DNA from: Candidatus Moraniibacteriota bacterium
GTDB lineage: Bacteria > Patescibacteriota > Minisyncoccia > Moranbacterales > GCA-2747515
Reading direction: 5' to 3'
DNA: 64,000 bases
NCBI GenBank assembly: GCA_038208115.1
Contig: JBBQZC010000003.1
Coordinates: 2,984-66,983 of the forward strand
Positions 36,454-46,283 of the stretch are shown piece by piece. Each line of letters starts with the position of its first letter. Position 1 is the first letter of the stretch. The notes below the pieces were generated by a model, which saw nothing but the letters and a program-made list of their open reading frames with translations, was not told the origin of the DNA and searched no databases. The translations under genes were made by a program, and so were the position numbers.

Positions 36454-38601
36454 ATGAAAAATTTATTGAACGACTTAAATCCACAGCAAATCACTGCTGT
36501 TGAAGCATTTCAGGGTCCTTTTCTGGTAATTGCAGGCGCAGGATCAGGTAAAACAACTGCACTTACGAGACGCATTGCTTATTTAATTTGCAAACGTGGC
36601 ATATCACCGCATAATATTCTTGCTGTTACGTTCACAAATAAAGCTGCGGCTGAAATGCGGCTGCGCATTTCACATCTAATCGATCTGAAATATGCTAAAC
36701 CGCTCGTGGGTACATTTCACAGTGTATGTGCAAAAATTCTCCGTGATGAAATTCATCATATTGGTTATGATCAAAACTTTTCTATCTTAGATCAGCACGA
36801 CCAATTGGTTTTAATCAAGAAAATTCTCAAAAACCTTGAATTATCCAATCAACAATTCACTCCTCGCAGTGTTTTAGAATCAATCTCGCGCGCAAAAAAT
36901 GATTTATTATCAGTTGATGCTTTTATATCACAAACTGGGAGTTATTATGAAGAAAAAATTGGATTAATCTACGATCTTTATCAAAAAACACTTCGCGAAA
37001 ATCACTGTTTAGATTTTGATGATATCATCCGCTTGACGATTGCCCTTTTTAATGAACACAAAATCATTCTTGAAAAATATCAAGAACGTTTTCATTATGT
37101 ATTAGTAGATGAATATCAAGATACAAATCATGCACAATACACCTTGATCAAGATGCTAACAAAAAAACATCAAAATATTTTTGTTGTTGGAGATGATTGG
37201 CAATCCATCTATAAATGGCGAGGGGCGGATGTCAATAATATTTTACATTTTGACAAAGATTATCCTGGTACAACGGTCATCAAATTAGAGCAGAATTATC
37301 GTTCAACACAAAATATTCTCGACGCCGCATATCATATCATTAAAAATAATAATGAACGGAGTGAAAAAAGGATTTGGACAGAAGCAGAAGGAGGCACTCA
37401 ATTGACACACTACGTAGCACATGACGAGCGCGATGAAGCTCAGTTTATTGTACAAAAAATTCAAGAGTTGAGTGCAAATGGTCTTTTTTTGAGTGATTTT
37501 GTTATTCTCTATCGAACGAACGCGCAGTCGCGAATAATTGAGGAATACTTTCTTAAAAATAGCATAGGATATCGCATTGTTGGTGGTACAAAATTCTATG
37601 AACGAAAGGAAATTAAAGACATTTTGGCATATCTTCGCCTCATAAACAACCCCGCAAACAGTATTTCTCTCGAAAGGGCATTGTCAACACCTCGGAGAGG
37701 TATCGGGTCAAAAACACTAGAACAATGGCTGGGCGGATCTCACATGTGCCAGATAGGGGTAATCGATTTTGGCATTAGCGCATTCAATTCTACATATATA
37801 AAAGCGCGTAGTAAACAAAAGGTCATTCATGATTTTTGTACTCTCATCAAAAACGCACAGGAATATGCAACAAATCATGATGTCACTGAAGTAATTACGT
37901 ATATATATGAAAATAGTGGATTAAAAAAAATATTATTAGATGGTACTATCGAAGGTGAATCACGCCATGAAAATGTGCAAGAGCTACTTTCAGTTGCATC
38001 AAAGTACATCGATATGCCCAATGCATTACAACTTTTAATAGAAGAAATATCACTTGTCAGCGACACTGATCATATTGACCAAGAATCTCAGCTTGTACAT
38101 CTTATGACACTTCACAGTGCAAAAGGACTTGAATTTCCCGTCGTATTTATTGTTGGTCTCGAAGAAGGCCTTATACCACATAATCGTGCAATGATAAATG
38201 AGGCGGAGATGGAGGAGGAAAGACGTCTTGCATATGTGGGTATTACACGAGCAAAAAGCGAGGTGTATTTGTTGTGCGCCCGACAACGACTATTATTTGG
38301 ATCACTTCAGTCAAATAGTCCTTCACGATTTCTCGATGAAATACCAACACATCTTCTTAACAAAACAGGAAATACAACAACCCTACCACCATATCAAAAA
38401 CACACTGACCAAAGGCCACAAAGCGTCTTTGATTCGCCCTGTGACACAAAAGTATTCTGCGACGGAGACAAAGTGCTTCACACAACATTTGGAAATGGCA
38501 TCGTCGTAGGACAGACTGATACAATTGTTTTTATAGTATTTAAGAATTTTGGTCTTAAAAAATTAGCCAAAAGCATTGCACCTTTAACAAAAATTTCATA
38601 G
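36454..38601 (+). CDS. pcrA: UvrD/PcrA DNA helicase
   Basis: AGAGSGKT, VDEYQDTN, VGDDWQSIY, QNYRS, TLHSAKGLEF, EERRLAYV.ITRA. Confidence 0.96.
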   Translation: MKNLLNDLNPQQITAVEAFQGPFLVIAGAGSGKTTALTRRIAYLICKRGISPHNILAVTFTNKAAAEMRLRISHLIDLKYAKPLVGTFHSVCAKILRDEIHHIGYDQNFSILDQHDQLVLIKKILKNLELSNQQFTPRSVLESISRAKNDLLSVDAFISQTGSYYEEKIGLIYDLYQKTLRENHCLDFDDIIRLTIALFNEHKIILEKYQERFHYVLVDEYQDTNHAQYTLIKMLTKKHQNIFVVGDDWQSIYKWRGADVNNILHFDKDYPGTTVIKLEQNYRSTQNILDAAYHIIKNNNERSEKRIWTEAEGGTQLTHYVAHDERDEAQFIVQKIQELSANGLFLSDFVILYRTNAQSRIIEEYFLKNSIGYRIVGGTKFYERKEIKDILAYLRLINNPANSISLERALSTPRRGIGSKTLEQWLGGSHMCQIGVIDFGISAFNSTYIKARSKQKVIHDFCTLIKNAQEYATNHDVTEVITYIYENSGLKKILLDGTIEGESRHENVQELLSVASKYIDMPNALQLLIEEISLVSDTDHIDQESQLVHLMTLHSAKGLEFPVVFIVGLEEGLIPHNRAMINEAEMEEERRLAYVGITRAKSEVYLLCARQRLLFGSLQSNSPSRFLDEIPTHLLNKTGNTTTLPPYQKHTDQRPQSVFDSPCDTKVFCDGDKVLHTTFGNGIVVGQTDTIVFIVFKNFGLKKLAKSIAPLTKIS

Positions 38602-38654
38602 TTTTTATCATAAATATGGTATACTTAATCATAGTAATTCAATAAATCAATTCT

Positions 38655-39056
38655 ATGATCAATATTAGATTTGAATGGACACCTGATATGTCTGTTAATA
38701 ACGACGTCATCGACTCACAGCATCAAGGATTATTTGACAATATCAACATCCTTCTCGAAGCGATGATTCAAGATCGCGCAGAAAGCGTCGTCGATGATAT
38801 GATCAATTTTTTTAAAGTCTATATGGAAGAGCACCTCTTGTATGAAGAGAAATTTTTAAAGGAAATTAATTATCCAGAAATAGAAAATCACAAAAAGGAA
38901 CATGAAAAATTTGTGCAAAAATATCATGAATTAAAAGGTCAACTTGCTGACGTTGAAGATAAAAATCATCTCGTAATGGAGATAGAAAATTTTATGGGCT
39001 CGTGGCTCACAAACCACATTCTCGTAGAAGATCAGAAGTACAAAAAATATGTTTAA
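38655..39056 (+). CDS. Bacteriohemerythrin
   Basis: IDSQH, HLLYEE, HKKEH, WLTNHILVEDQKY. Confidence 0.92.
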   Translation: MINIRFEWTPDMSVNNDVIDSQHQGLFDNINILLEAMIQDRAESVVDDMINFFKVYMEEHLLYEEKFLKEINYPEIENHKKEHEKFVQKYHELKGQLADVEDKNHLVMEIENFMGSWLTNHILVEDQKYKKYV

Positions 39057-39111
39057 TATAAAATCTCCTATTTTTATTTTTTGACACTTATAAACAAAGT
39101 CATGATATATA

Positions 39112-40056
39112 TTATGACTTTGTTTTATTGTGTTTTCCATGAAATTTCTCATGAATGCCTTTGAGGCTCTCATTCGTCACATGAGTATAAACTTGAGTTG
39201 TAGTAATATTTGCGTGACCCAACATTGCTTGCACGCTCCGTATATCTGCACCATTTTGCAAGAGATCTGTTGCAAATGTATGACGTAATGTGTGTGGATG
39301 TACATTTTTTATAATTCCTGCCTTAGTCGCATATTTTTTTACAATTCGCTGTATGCTACGAGCTGTCAGCCGAAATGTACCATCGATACTAATATTTTTT
39401 TGAGAAATTCTTTCGCGTATAAATAGAGCGGGATCTATATCTCGACGTTTAGAGAGATATCTTTGTAGAGCACTTTTGGCTGTTGTTGATACAAAAACGA
39501 TGCGAATCTTTCTTCCTTTTCCGCGAATGCTAAATTCTTGCCGATCGAGATTTACATCATCCCTATTTAACTCAACCAACTCTGATACTCGCAACCCGGC
39601 AGAAAAAAGAAGTTCCATTAGTGCACGATCGCGGAGAGATGCAATGTTGTCGCCATGTGCAGCTTCCAGTAAACGCACAATCTCATTTTCATCTAAAAAA
39701 TCAACATGTCGATCTGGATTTTTGCCCACTTCTAGCTTTTCTGGTGAAATAACAGAAATATCCCTTTTTGACAGATATTTGAGGAAATTTCTGATTGCAA
39801 TGACATGATAATTTTGCGTAGATTGCTGAAAACTCTTTCCGCTCGCTGTTTCATAACGATGCAAATAAATGCGGTATTTACGAATCATATCGAGAGTAAT
39901 TTTCTCTGGATGTGATATAAAAAATTGTTCATCAAGGTAAGAAATAAATCGGTCAAGATAATGATTATAATTTTCAATTGTTTTTTGACTGCGATTTAAC
40001 TCAACCTCAAGATATTCCAAATAGTCAATCAATAAATCGTATAGATCTTCTTTCAT
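39112..40056 (-). CDS. xerC: XerC/XerD-type tyrosine recombinase
   Basis: GLRVSEL, GKG, HTLRHTFAT, LGHA..TTQVYTH; SAM-like N-domain. Confidence 0.9.
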   Translation of the reverse strand: MKEDLYDLLIDYLEYLEVELNRSQKTIENYNHYLDRFISYLDEQFFISHPEKITLDMIRKYRIYLHRYETASGKSFQQSTQNYHVIAIRNFLKYLSKRDISVISPEKLEVGKNPDRHVDFLDENEIVRLLEAAHGDNIASLRDRALMELLFSAGLRVSELVELNRDDVNLDRQEFSIRGKGRKIRIVFVSTTAKSALQRYLSKRRDIDPALFIRERISQKNISIDGTFRLTARSIQRIVKKYATKAGIIKNVHPHTLRHTFATDLLQNGADIRSVQAMLGHANITTTQVYTHVTNESLKGIHEKFHGKHNKTKS

Positions 40057-40275
40057 AGCATCCTCTTAACAAATATATAACTTTTCACATTATATCACAT
40101 ACATACATCACTAAATCAAAATGGTGTTATAATATCAAAGGATTTACGTTTGAGATAATCTTTGACAAAATCTCAAAAATCCTTATACTATAGGAAGTTT
40201 TAAAAAGTAAGGCTCTCTCCGATGATGACAGTATTATTCTCCTCATCTTACGAGAAAAGCTAAAAAAGGGAACTC

Positions 40276-41484
40276 TTGCGTATCAAACGCCTCAAAAAAC
40301 TCCATTTTTTATTGATCACGTTGATTGATAAAATTCAAAACCTCTTTTATACAATCGAAAGATTTGTAATCGTTTTTTTTCGAAAAAAATCTTTTTATGG
40401 ATTAAGCAAATACATTAGACAAAATGGTAGCTTAACAGTATTAGTAAGTATAGGCACGATGATTATTGTTGGAAATATTTCAGCAAAAAGTAACGATGAT
40501 TCTTTTCTCATTGGCCACTGGAAATCTCAAAAAATACAAAAAGTTTTAACTTATAGGGATGACAAAAGCATTATTCTTGACGGTTATTTTATTAACGATT
40601 CAACGTCTGAAATTGCTTCTTCGGAAGAAAAAAGAAGTGCAGGTGCAAGTAATCAGCTTGGTATGTTGGCAAATGCAGATGAAGAGTTGCTCGGTGACAC
40701 TATAGCCATACCACCTAGACGAGATGGTGCTAGTGATCCGAGCAATGAGGGCGATGTTATCCTTTACACGGTTCAAGATGGAGACACATTTAGCACGATT
40801 GCGCAGAAACACAATATCACTACTTCGACATTATTTTGGGCTAATGAAATAGAAAATATTGACGATATCAAGCCAGGAGATACAATTTTTATTTTACCTG
40901 AGTCTGGTTTAAAGCATAAAATTAAATCTGGAGAAACAATAGAAAAGCTTGCAAAGGAATATAACGTAAATGAAAGCGAGATTATTTCTTACAACACACT
41001 TCCTGCAAATGGTGAACTGACAATTGATGCAGAAATATTTATACCTGGTGCTCAAAAGGAAATACCCAAGCCAAAACCAGATCCGCTCTTTGCTCCGCGA
41101 GATTATGTAGCCACTGGTAGTGGCAGCACAAATCTCGGAAGTTCTATTGTGAAAAATAATGCCAAGGCACGTCGTGCAGGAAATAGTTTTCCTTATGGGT
41201 ACTGTACGTATTATGTTGCAAATAAAAGATCTGTCGCATGGCGAGGTAATGCTGGTGCGTGGCTATATAATGCAAAATCAGCTGGCTATGCAACTGGCAA
41301 AAAACCGCAAGCAGGAGCAATCGTTGTTACAACAGAGGACGCAAGATATGGCCACGTTGCTTACGTGGAGTCAGTTGGTGATGGTATTATTACCATATCA
41401 GAAATGAATTATAAAGGATGGGGTGTAGTTAACACACGCACATTAAGTCAAAATGCACGTGTGATCCGTGGATACATTTATTAA
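40276..41484 (+). CDS. LysM-LysM-CHAP peptidoglycan hydrolase
   Basis: Two LysM repeats; FPYGYCTYY, GNAGAW, GHVAYVE, SEMNY. Confidence 0.92.
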   Translation: MRIKRLKKLHFLLITLIDKIQNLFYTIERFVIVFFRKKSFYGLSKYIRQNGSLTVLVSIGTMIIVGNISAKSNDDSFLIGHWKSQKIQKVLTYRDDKSIILDGYFINDSTSEIASSEEKRSAGASNQLGMLANADEELLGDTIAIPPRRDGASDPSNEGDVILYTVQDGDTFSTIAQKHNITTSTLFWANEIENIDDIKPGDTIFILPESGLKHKIKSGETIEKLAKEYNVNESEIISYNTLPANGELTIDAEIFIPGAQKEIPKPKPDPLFAPRDYVATGSGSTNLGSSIVKNNAKARRAGNSFPYGYCTYYVANKRSVAWRGNAGAWLYNAKSAGYATGKKPQAGAIVVTTEDARYGHVAYVESVGDGIITISEMNYKGWGVVNTRTLSQNARVIRGYIY

Positions 41485-41681
41485 TGACTCACTTTGGGTC
41501 AATTGCACCATAATAGTAATGATTACTGTCTATTGTGCTATTGACGAAAAGGGTAATATACCTTATGATAATGAAAGGTTTTAACAGGGGCGCAGTATGA
41601 CTGCCATGCAGGCATTTTTTGATGTTTTGAATGTATCCATGTTTGAATTCCCACATTTATCTATTATTTAATTACATTACT

Positions 41682-42122
41682 ATGCGAAATGAAGTCATAG
41701 AATTCAACAAGACACAGCGCCACGACGAAGTCGATCTTCGCGCTGGTGATGTTGTAAGAGTCTATCGAAAAATCAAAGAAGGAGAAAAAGAGCGTATACA
41801 GATCTTTGAAGGAATGATTATTGCGATCAAGGGACGACAAAGTAGTTCTCAAATGGTAACTGTCCGTAAAGTATCCAATGGCGTCGGCGTTGAAATAGTT
41901 GTGCCAATTTTTTCTCCAAATATCGACAAAATCGAATTGGTAAAACGTGCAAAAGTACGCAAATCAAAGCTCTATTATGTACGCGACAAAGCATCTAAGG
42001 CATTACGATTTAAATATACTGATGCTGATAAAATTGTAAAGAAAGAAAAGCCAGTAGAAAAAGTAGAAATTATAGAAGCTGTCGAAGAAACCCCTGAAGA
42101 AGTCGTGGAAACAAAAAAATAA
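41682..42122 (+). CDS. rplS: 50S ribosomal protein L19
   Basis: GDVVRV..KIKEGEKERIQIFEG, KVRKSKLYYVR. Confidence 0.97.
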   Translation: MRNEVIEFNKTQRHDEVDLRAGDVVRVYRKIKEGEKERIQIFEGMIIAIKGRQSSSQMVTVRKVSNGVGVEIVVPIFSPNIDKIELVKRAKVRKSKLYYVRDKASKALRFKYTDADKIVKKEKPVEKVEIIEAVEETPEEVVETKK

Positions 42123-42166
42123 TTAGGAATGGATCATATCATTTGTATAAAAACAGTGATATGTAT

Positions 42167-42250
42167 GCCCAGGTGGCGGAATTGGTATACGCACTAGGTT
42201 GAGGGCCTAGACTCCTCTGGGGTGTGCGGGTTCAAGTCCCGCCCTGGGCA
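42167..42250 (+). tRNA. tRNA-Leu(GAG)
   Basis: CTAGG-TTGAGGG-CCTAG, long variable arm. Confidence 0.95.
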
Positions 42251-42299
42251 CAAGTGAACTATTGGAATGATCTAATAAATGTAGTATAGTATAAAATAT

Positions 42300-42373
42300 G
42301 CACGCTTAGCTCAGCTGGTTAGAGCATCTCGTTTACACCGAGAGGGTCGGGGGTTCGAATCCCTCAGCGTGCA
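42300..42373 (+). tRNA. tRNA-Val(TAC)
   Basis: TCTCG-TTTACAC-CGAGA. Confidence 0.95.
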
Positions 42374-42402
42374 CATCATCTTTGATATAAACATAAAGAT
42401 GG

Positions 42403-42474
42403 GCCGAGGTAGCTCAGTGGTAGAGCAAAGGACTGAAAATCCTTGTGTCGAGAGTCCGATTCTCTCCCTCGGCA
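42403..42474 (+). tRNA. tRNA-Phe(GAA)
   Basis: AAGGA-CTGAAAA-TCCTT; atypical T-loop TCCGATT. Confidence 0.93.
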
Positions 42475-42485
42475 CATATGATTGA

Positions 42486-42557
42486 GGGACTATAGCTCAG
42501 CGGTAGAGCGCGCGGCTCATAACCGCTTGGTCGCAGGTTCGAACCCTGCTAGTCCCA
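42486..42557 (+). tRNA. tRNA(CAT), probably Ile2 (lysidine) rather than Met
   Basis: Acceptor GGGACTA/TAGTCCC, loop CTCATAA; lacks initiator features. Confidence 0.85.
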
Positions 42558-42657
42558 CTGATTGTAGTAATATGTAAAGTTAAAAGGACAAAGTTTATAA
42601 AAATAACCCAACAACTACACTTTATAAGCTTTCATCTTTACAAATTTTACATAGACT

Positions 42658-42732
42658 GCGAGTGTCGTATAGTGGTTATTACACCACCTTGCCAAGGTAG
42701 AAATGGCGGTTCGATTCCGCTCACTCGCTCCA
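42658..42732 (+). tRNA. tRNA-Gly(GCC) with encoded CCA
   Basis: GCGAGTG/CACTCGC, loop TTGCCAA. Confidence 0.93.
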
Positions 42733-42782
42733 AGAAATTTAAAACCCTTTACAAAAAGGGTTTTAAATTTGTTTTGAATTTT

Positions 42783-42902
42783 GGGTAAGCAGAATCGAAC
42801 AAGGAAAGGGGTCGGGAAAAACTAGGTTTTCCCGTGGCGGAAGTATTGAAACCTCTGGGTTTCAAAGAGCGAAGCGAGTGAGACTTTCTGCTTACCCGCT
42901 CA
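42783..42902. repeat. GC-rich element bounded by inverted tRNA-Gly-3'-like arms
   Basis: GGGTAAGCAGAA (42783-42794)/TTCTGCTTACCC (42886-42897) with internal hairpins. Confidence 0.7.
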
Positions 42903-42998
42903 GGTAAAACAAGCTTTGTTTGAAGCTTGTTTTTGGTATTTAAGAGTGAGGTTAGAACTGTGATATACTAAAAGTATAAATTGATAAAATATGTGAAT

Positions 42999-44276
42999 AT
43001 GTTTGAACAAATGCCCATTCAAGAGAGCGTAGATAGAAAACAAAATAAATTAAAAAAAGAAATATCTTTTCCTCATGGAGAAAGTATTTTAAGATTATTT
43101 AGAGATAAATATAAGGATGAGTCAGAAAAGACGGAAATAATGGAAGATGTTCTCTATGAATTTTTTGAACAAGAATTGGCGAATATTGAAATTTATGAAT
43201 CGGAAAAATTTGGAGCATCATTTCCCTGGACAGTTATAAAAACAAAAGAATTGTTTAAAAGAATTGTTGAAAAAAATTCAAAGCAAAATGAATTAGAAAA
43301 AGAATCAGATAAATCGGCGGAAAGCGAAGATGTAGTAAAACAAGAATTTATTTTTAGCTCTGGTAGTATGGTGCAAAGCGGTTATCCTTTTACTTTTGTT
43401 GAGGAAGCAATGCATCAGGCAATAGTTTCCCTGAAGGGTGACCTGCTTGCTCTGCAAGAAGGAAGAGAAATAAAAGGACAAGAAATTTATACAATCGGCT
43501 TACCGACTAATGAACTCGGAAAGGTTACTTCTGAGTTTTCGGAAAGGTTAAAGTCAAATCCATTTGGCGTGATGGGTGAATTGCAAGCTGAATTTGTCCA
43601 GGCTCGTATTCCAAAAAATGAAGGTGGTGCGCAAAGATTAAATGTAAAGCTCTATGGTATTTCCACTGGAGCAAGTCTTGCAGCAGCAACAGGAGAGAAA
43701 TTATTGGCAGATGGAATTGTGTCTCAAGATATAGAAAATAAAGAAATAGGCATCCCTCGTCTTTCTGTTAGAATGGATTCGCCAGTTGGGTTGAGCGAAT
43801 CAACAATAAAAAACTGGCAAATACCATTGGGATATGTAGCTGAATTTGCATATCAAACATTCAAGGATCCCAAATTTAGGCTGGCTGATCCAAAATTCAT
43901 GAGTCAAGTTAAAGAAGTGTTAAGCAAAAGAGGAATAGAAAAAAACATGACAGATAGTGATAAACAAATGAAAACTGAATGTATTAGCGCAATTATTGGT
44001 AAATTGAAGAAAGGTGTCGAATTTGATAAAAGCCTTAAAGTTACTAAGGTTACAGGCATATTGGATCCTCTGACTTTTTTACTAAAAGAATACAAAGTTG
44101 AAAAAGAAAGGCAATCTGAAATAGTTGATGGCTTAGGTAAGAATATTTCTCCCAGATCCGAAGAAAATAGAAGAGAATTTATGATAAATCAAACACATAC
44201 GCCTGCTTTTTTTAGAGATAGTGAGCTGAAAAGATACTATGAAACAGCAAGTCTCGTGCAGGAATTAAGAAAATAA
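42999..44276 (+). CDS. Hypothetical protein, possible alpha/beta-hydrolase fold
   Basis: LYGISTGA (GxSxG), later GILDP and TH candidates for a catalytic triad. Confidence 0.7.
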   Translation: MFEQMPIQESVDRKQNKLKKEISFPHGESILRLFRDKYKDESEKTEIMEDVLYEFFEQELANIEIYESEKFGASFPWTVIKTKELFKRIVEKNSKQNELEKESDKSAESEDVVKQEFIFSSGSMVQSGYPFTFVEEAMHQAIVSLKGDLLALQEGREIKGQEIYTIGLPTNELGKVTSEFSERLKSNPFGVMGELQAEFVQARIPKNEGGAQRLNVKLYGISTGASLAAATGEKLLADGIVSQDIENKEIGIPRLSVRMDSPVGLSESTIKNWQIPLGYVAEFAYQTFKDPKFRLADPKFMSQVKEVLSKRGIEKNMTDSDKQMKTECISAIIGKLKKGVEFDKSLKVTKVTGILDPLTFLLKEYKVEKERQSEIVDGLGKNISPRSEENRREFMINQTHTPAFFRDSELKRYYETASLVQELRK

Positions 44277-44585
44277 ACTTAAGCAATCTCTTTATTCATA
44301 AATCCAGTTCTAACTGCATGTACTAGCCAGCTCCAATTTAAAAACCCCTGATTTATTCAGGGGTTTTAACATTCCATTAGAGGAGACAGACTTTAACCAG
44401 AAAATTTGGGTTAAATATTCTCATCGACGCGATTATTCAAATCACGCGACTTAAAATGGTAATTAAGGAAAATAGTGATGTTCCACTTACCCAATCACTA
44501 AGCTAAAAACTCTACATGGGACTAGCTTAACTTGTATGGTAAAATTTACTTAAGAAGTCTCATTTTTAGTTGTATAAAAAAAGAC

Positions 44586-45626
44586 ATGTTAAATCCGTGG
44601 AAGTCTAAATGCAATATAGACAACTTAAACATTTTTTTATCCGCAAAAAGAAATGAATTATATCATGTTAGTGATAATGTAAAGCGTGGTTATTTATACA
44701 GAATAGAAGATTTTAAGGACGGCGTTTTTATATATCTATGGTTGGCAAGTAGTGGCTGTACCTGGGCAAAATCAGGTTATTGTTCATTTTGTTATTATGA
44801 CAACTTCGCTCCTTTGTCAGAAAATGAAATAAATATTAATTGCAAAAAAGCAATACATGAAATAAAGTCATTAAACTTAAAAATCAATAGTATTTTTGTG
44901 TCGCCTTCAGGTTCTTTTTATAATTCTGCTGAATTATCCGAAAACAACAGAAAATGTATCTATGAATGCGTGAATGAATTAGATGCTAAAATGTTTCTTT
45001 TTGAAACGAGAGTGGAAACAATTAGTCCAGAATTATTAAAAGAAACAAAAATCTGTATCAAAAACAAACAAATTGAGGTTTCTATTGGCCTGGAATCATC
45101 CAATGATTACGTAAGAAATATTTTATATAACAAAGGACTAAATATAAAAAATTTTGAAAAAGCCATTAAAATGATAACTGAGGCGCATTTATTTTGCTCT
45201 GTCAATTTACTATTTGGTGCACCATTTTTATCCAAAGAAGACAGAATAATTGATATACTGAATAGCGTCAGGTATGTTTTATCTTATAATATTTGTACTC
45301 CAATAATTTTTCCAATCCATATCAGAAAAACTACAGGAATCAGAGCATTATATGAGGATGGCTTATTTGAGCCAGTCACTGTATGGGATTTTGTAGATAT
45401 GCTAAATAATTTTTCCGACGAGGAGCTTGGACAAATTATCATCTCGTGGCATAAAGTTTACAGCAAAAACAGTGAAATAAATGCGGATATTGTAGATAGT
45501 TTTAGGACCTGTAATAAATGCTATGGAACAGTGTTATATAATTTGGATCAATTTAGAACATTTTCAAATCCTAAATACATTAGAGATCTAAATAATATAC
45601 GATGTGAGTGTAGAGCTATCTTATAA
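44586..45626 (+). CDS. Radical SAM protein, RaSEA/TIGR01210-like
   Basis: GCTWAKSGYCSFC (CX7CX2C), SGSF, FETR.E, IGLES, C-terminal CNKC...CEC. Confidence 0.75.
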   Translation: MLNPWKSKCNIDNLNIFLSAKRNELYHVSDNVKRGYLYRIEDFKDGVFIYLWLASSGCTWAKSGYCSFCYYDNFAPLSENEININCKKAIHEIKSLNLKINSIFVSPSGSFYNSAELSENNRKCIYECVNELDAKMFLFETRVETISPELLKETKICIKNKQIEVSIGLESSNDYVRNILYNKGLNIKNFEKAIKMITEAHLFCSVNLLFGAPFLSKEDRIIDILNSVRYVLSYNICTPIIFPIHIRKTTGIRALYEDGLFEPVTVWDFVDMLNNFSDEELGQIIISWHKVYSKNSEINADIVDSFRTCNKCYGTVLYNLDQFRTFSNPKYIRDLNNIRCECRAIL

Positions 45627-45737
45627 AATATCACTTATATGTAAAATATCTATTCTCATCTTCATTAAATATACACGTCAAATCAATAAAAACAGTCATC
45701 ATTGACTGTTTTTTTGCTATGAATTTATCATATTTTG

Positions 45738-46130
45738 TTATATACAACACTTAAAGCACTTACATCCATCTTTTTGTATCAAATCTTGAACATACTCAAT
45801 ACCATAGTCATACGTAAATTCCTCACCCTTTGTGATATCACGTATAGCATAGATCATAATGTGCTCATCATCTTCGATCACAGCCTCACAATTTGGATCA
45901 CAGGCGTGATTAATATAGCGAGCTGTATGGTTTCTCCCCTTACCATCCAGAACGGTCTCTGCGTTCAATATAAAAAGATATCGACCTCCGCGACGATCTG
46001 CCTCATCGTGCGTAATAGATTCACCGGTATATTCTATTACATGATTGCCTTTTGTGATATTTTGTTCGGCAAATAAACCCAGTCCTGCTGATGAACGCTT
46101 TATTGTATATTTTTTTGCACGTATGTCCAT
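45738..46130 (-). CDS. SET-domain protein
   Basis: GLGLFA, ARYINHACDPNC, GEEFTYDYG, CKCFKC. Confidence 0.92.
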   Translation of the reverse strand: MDIRAKKYTIKRSSAGLGLFAEQNITKGNHVIEYTGESITHDEADRRGGRYLFILNAETVLDGKGRNHTARYINHACDPNCEAVIEDDEHIMIYAIRDITKGEEFTYDYGIEYVQDLIQKDGCKCFKCCI

Positions 46131-46283
46131 TTTCTTTATAAATACGCATTAATTAACAATTTTTTGTATATCATTGTTGTACAAAGATGAATGATAAATA
46201 CAGATTTTTTATATGAGATATGATGTGCACAATCTGATGTTTATATGATTTTACATTCACTTTTATCAGGAGTTTTCTGTTTT

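Noticed and set aside
39112-40056. Integron integrase serving hairpins H1-H6
   Set aside because: Looks like a housekeeping Xer recombinase without the IntI-specific insertion, lies 26 kb away, and the hairpins lack consistent RYYYAAC/GTTRRRY boxes. attC-like activity is kept only as an alternative hypothesis.
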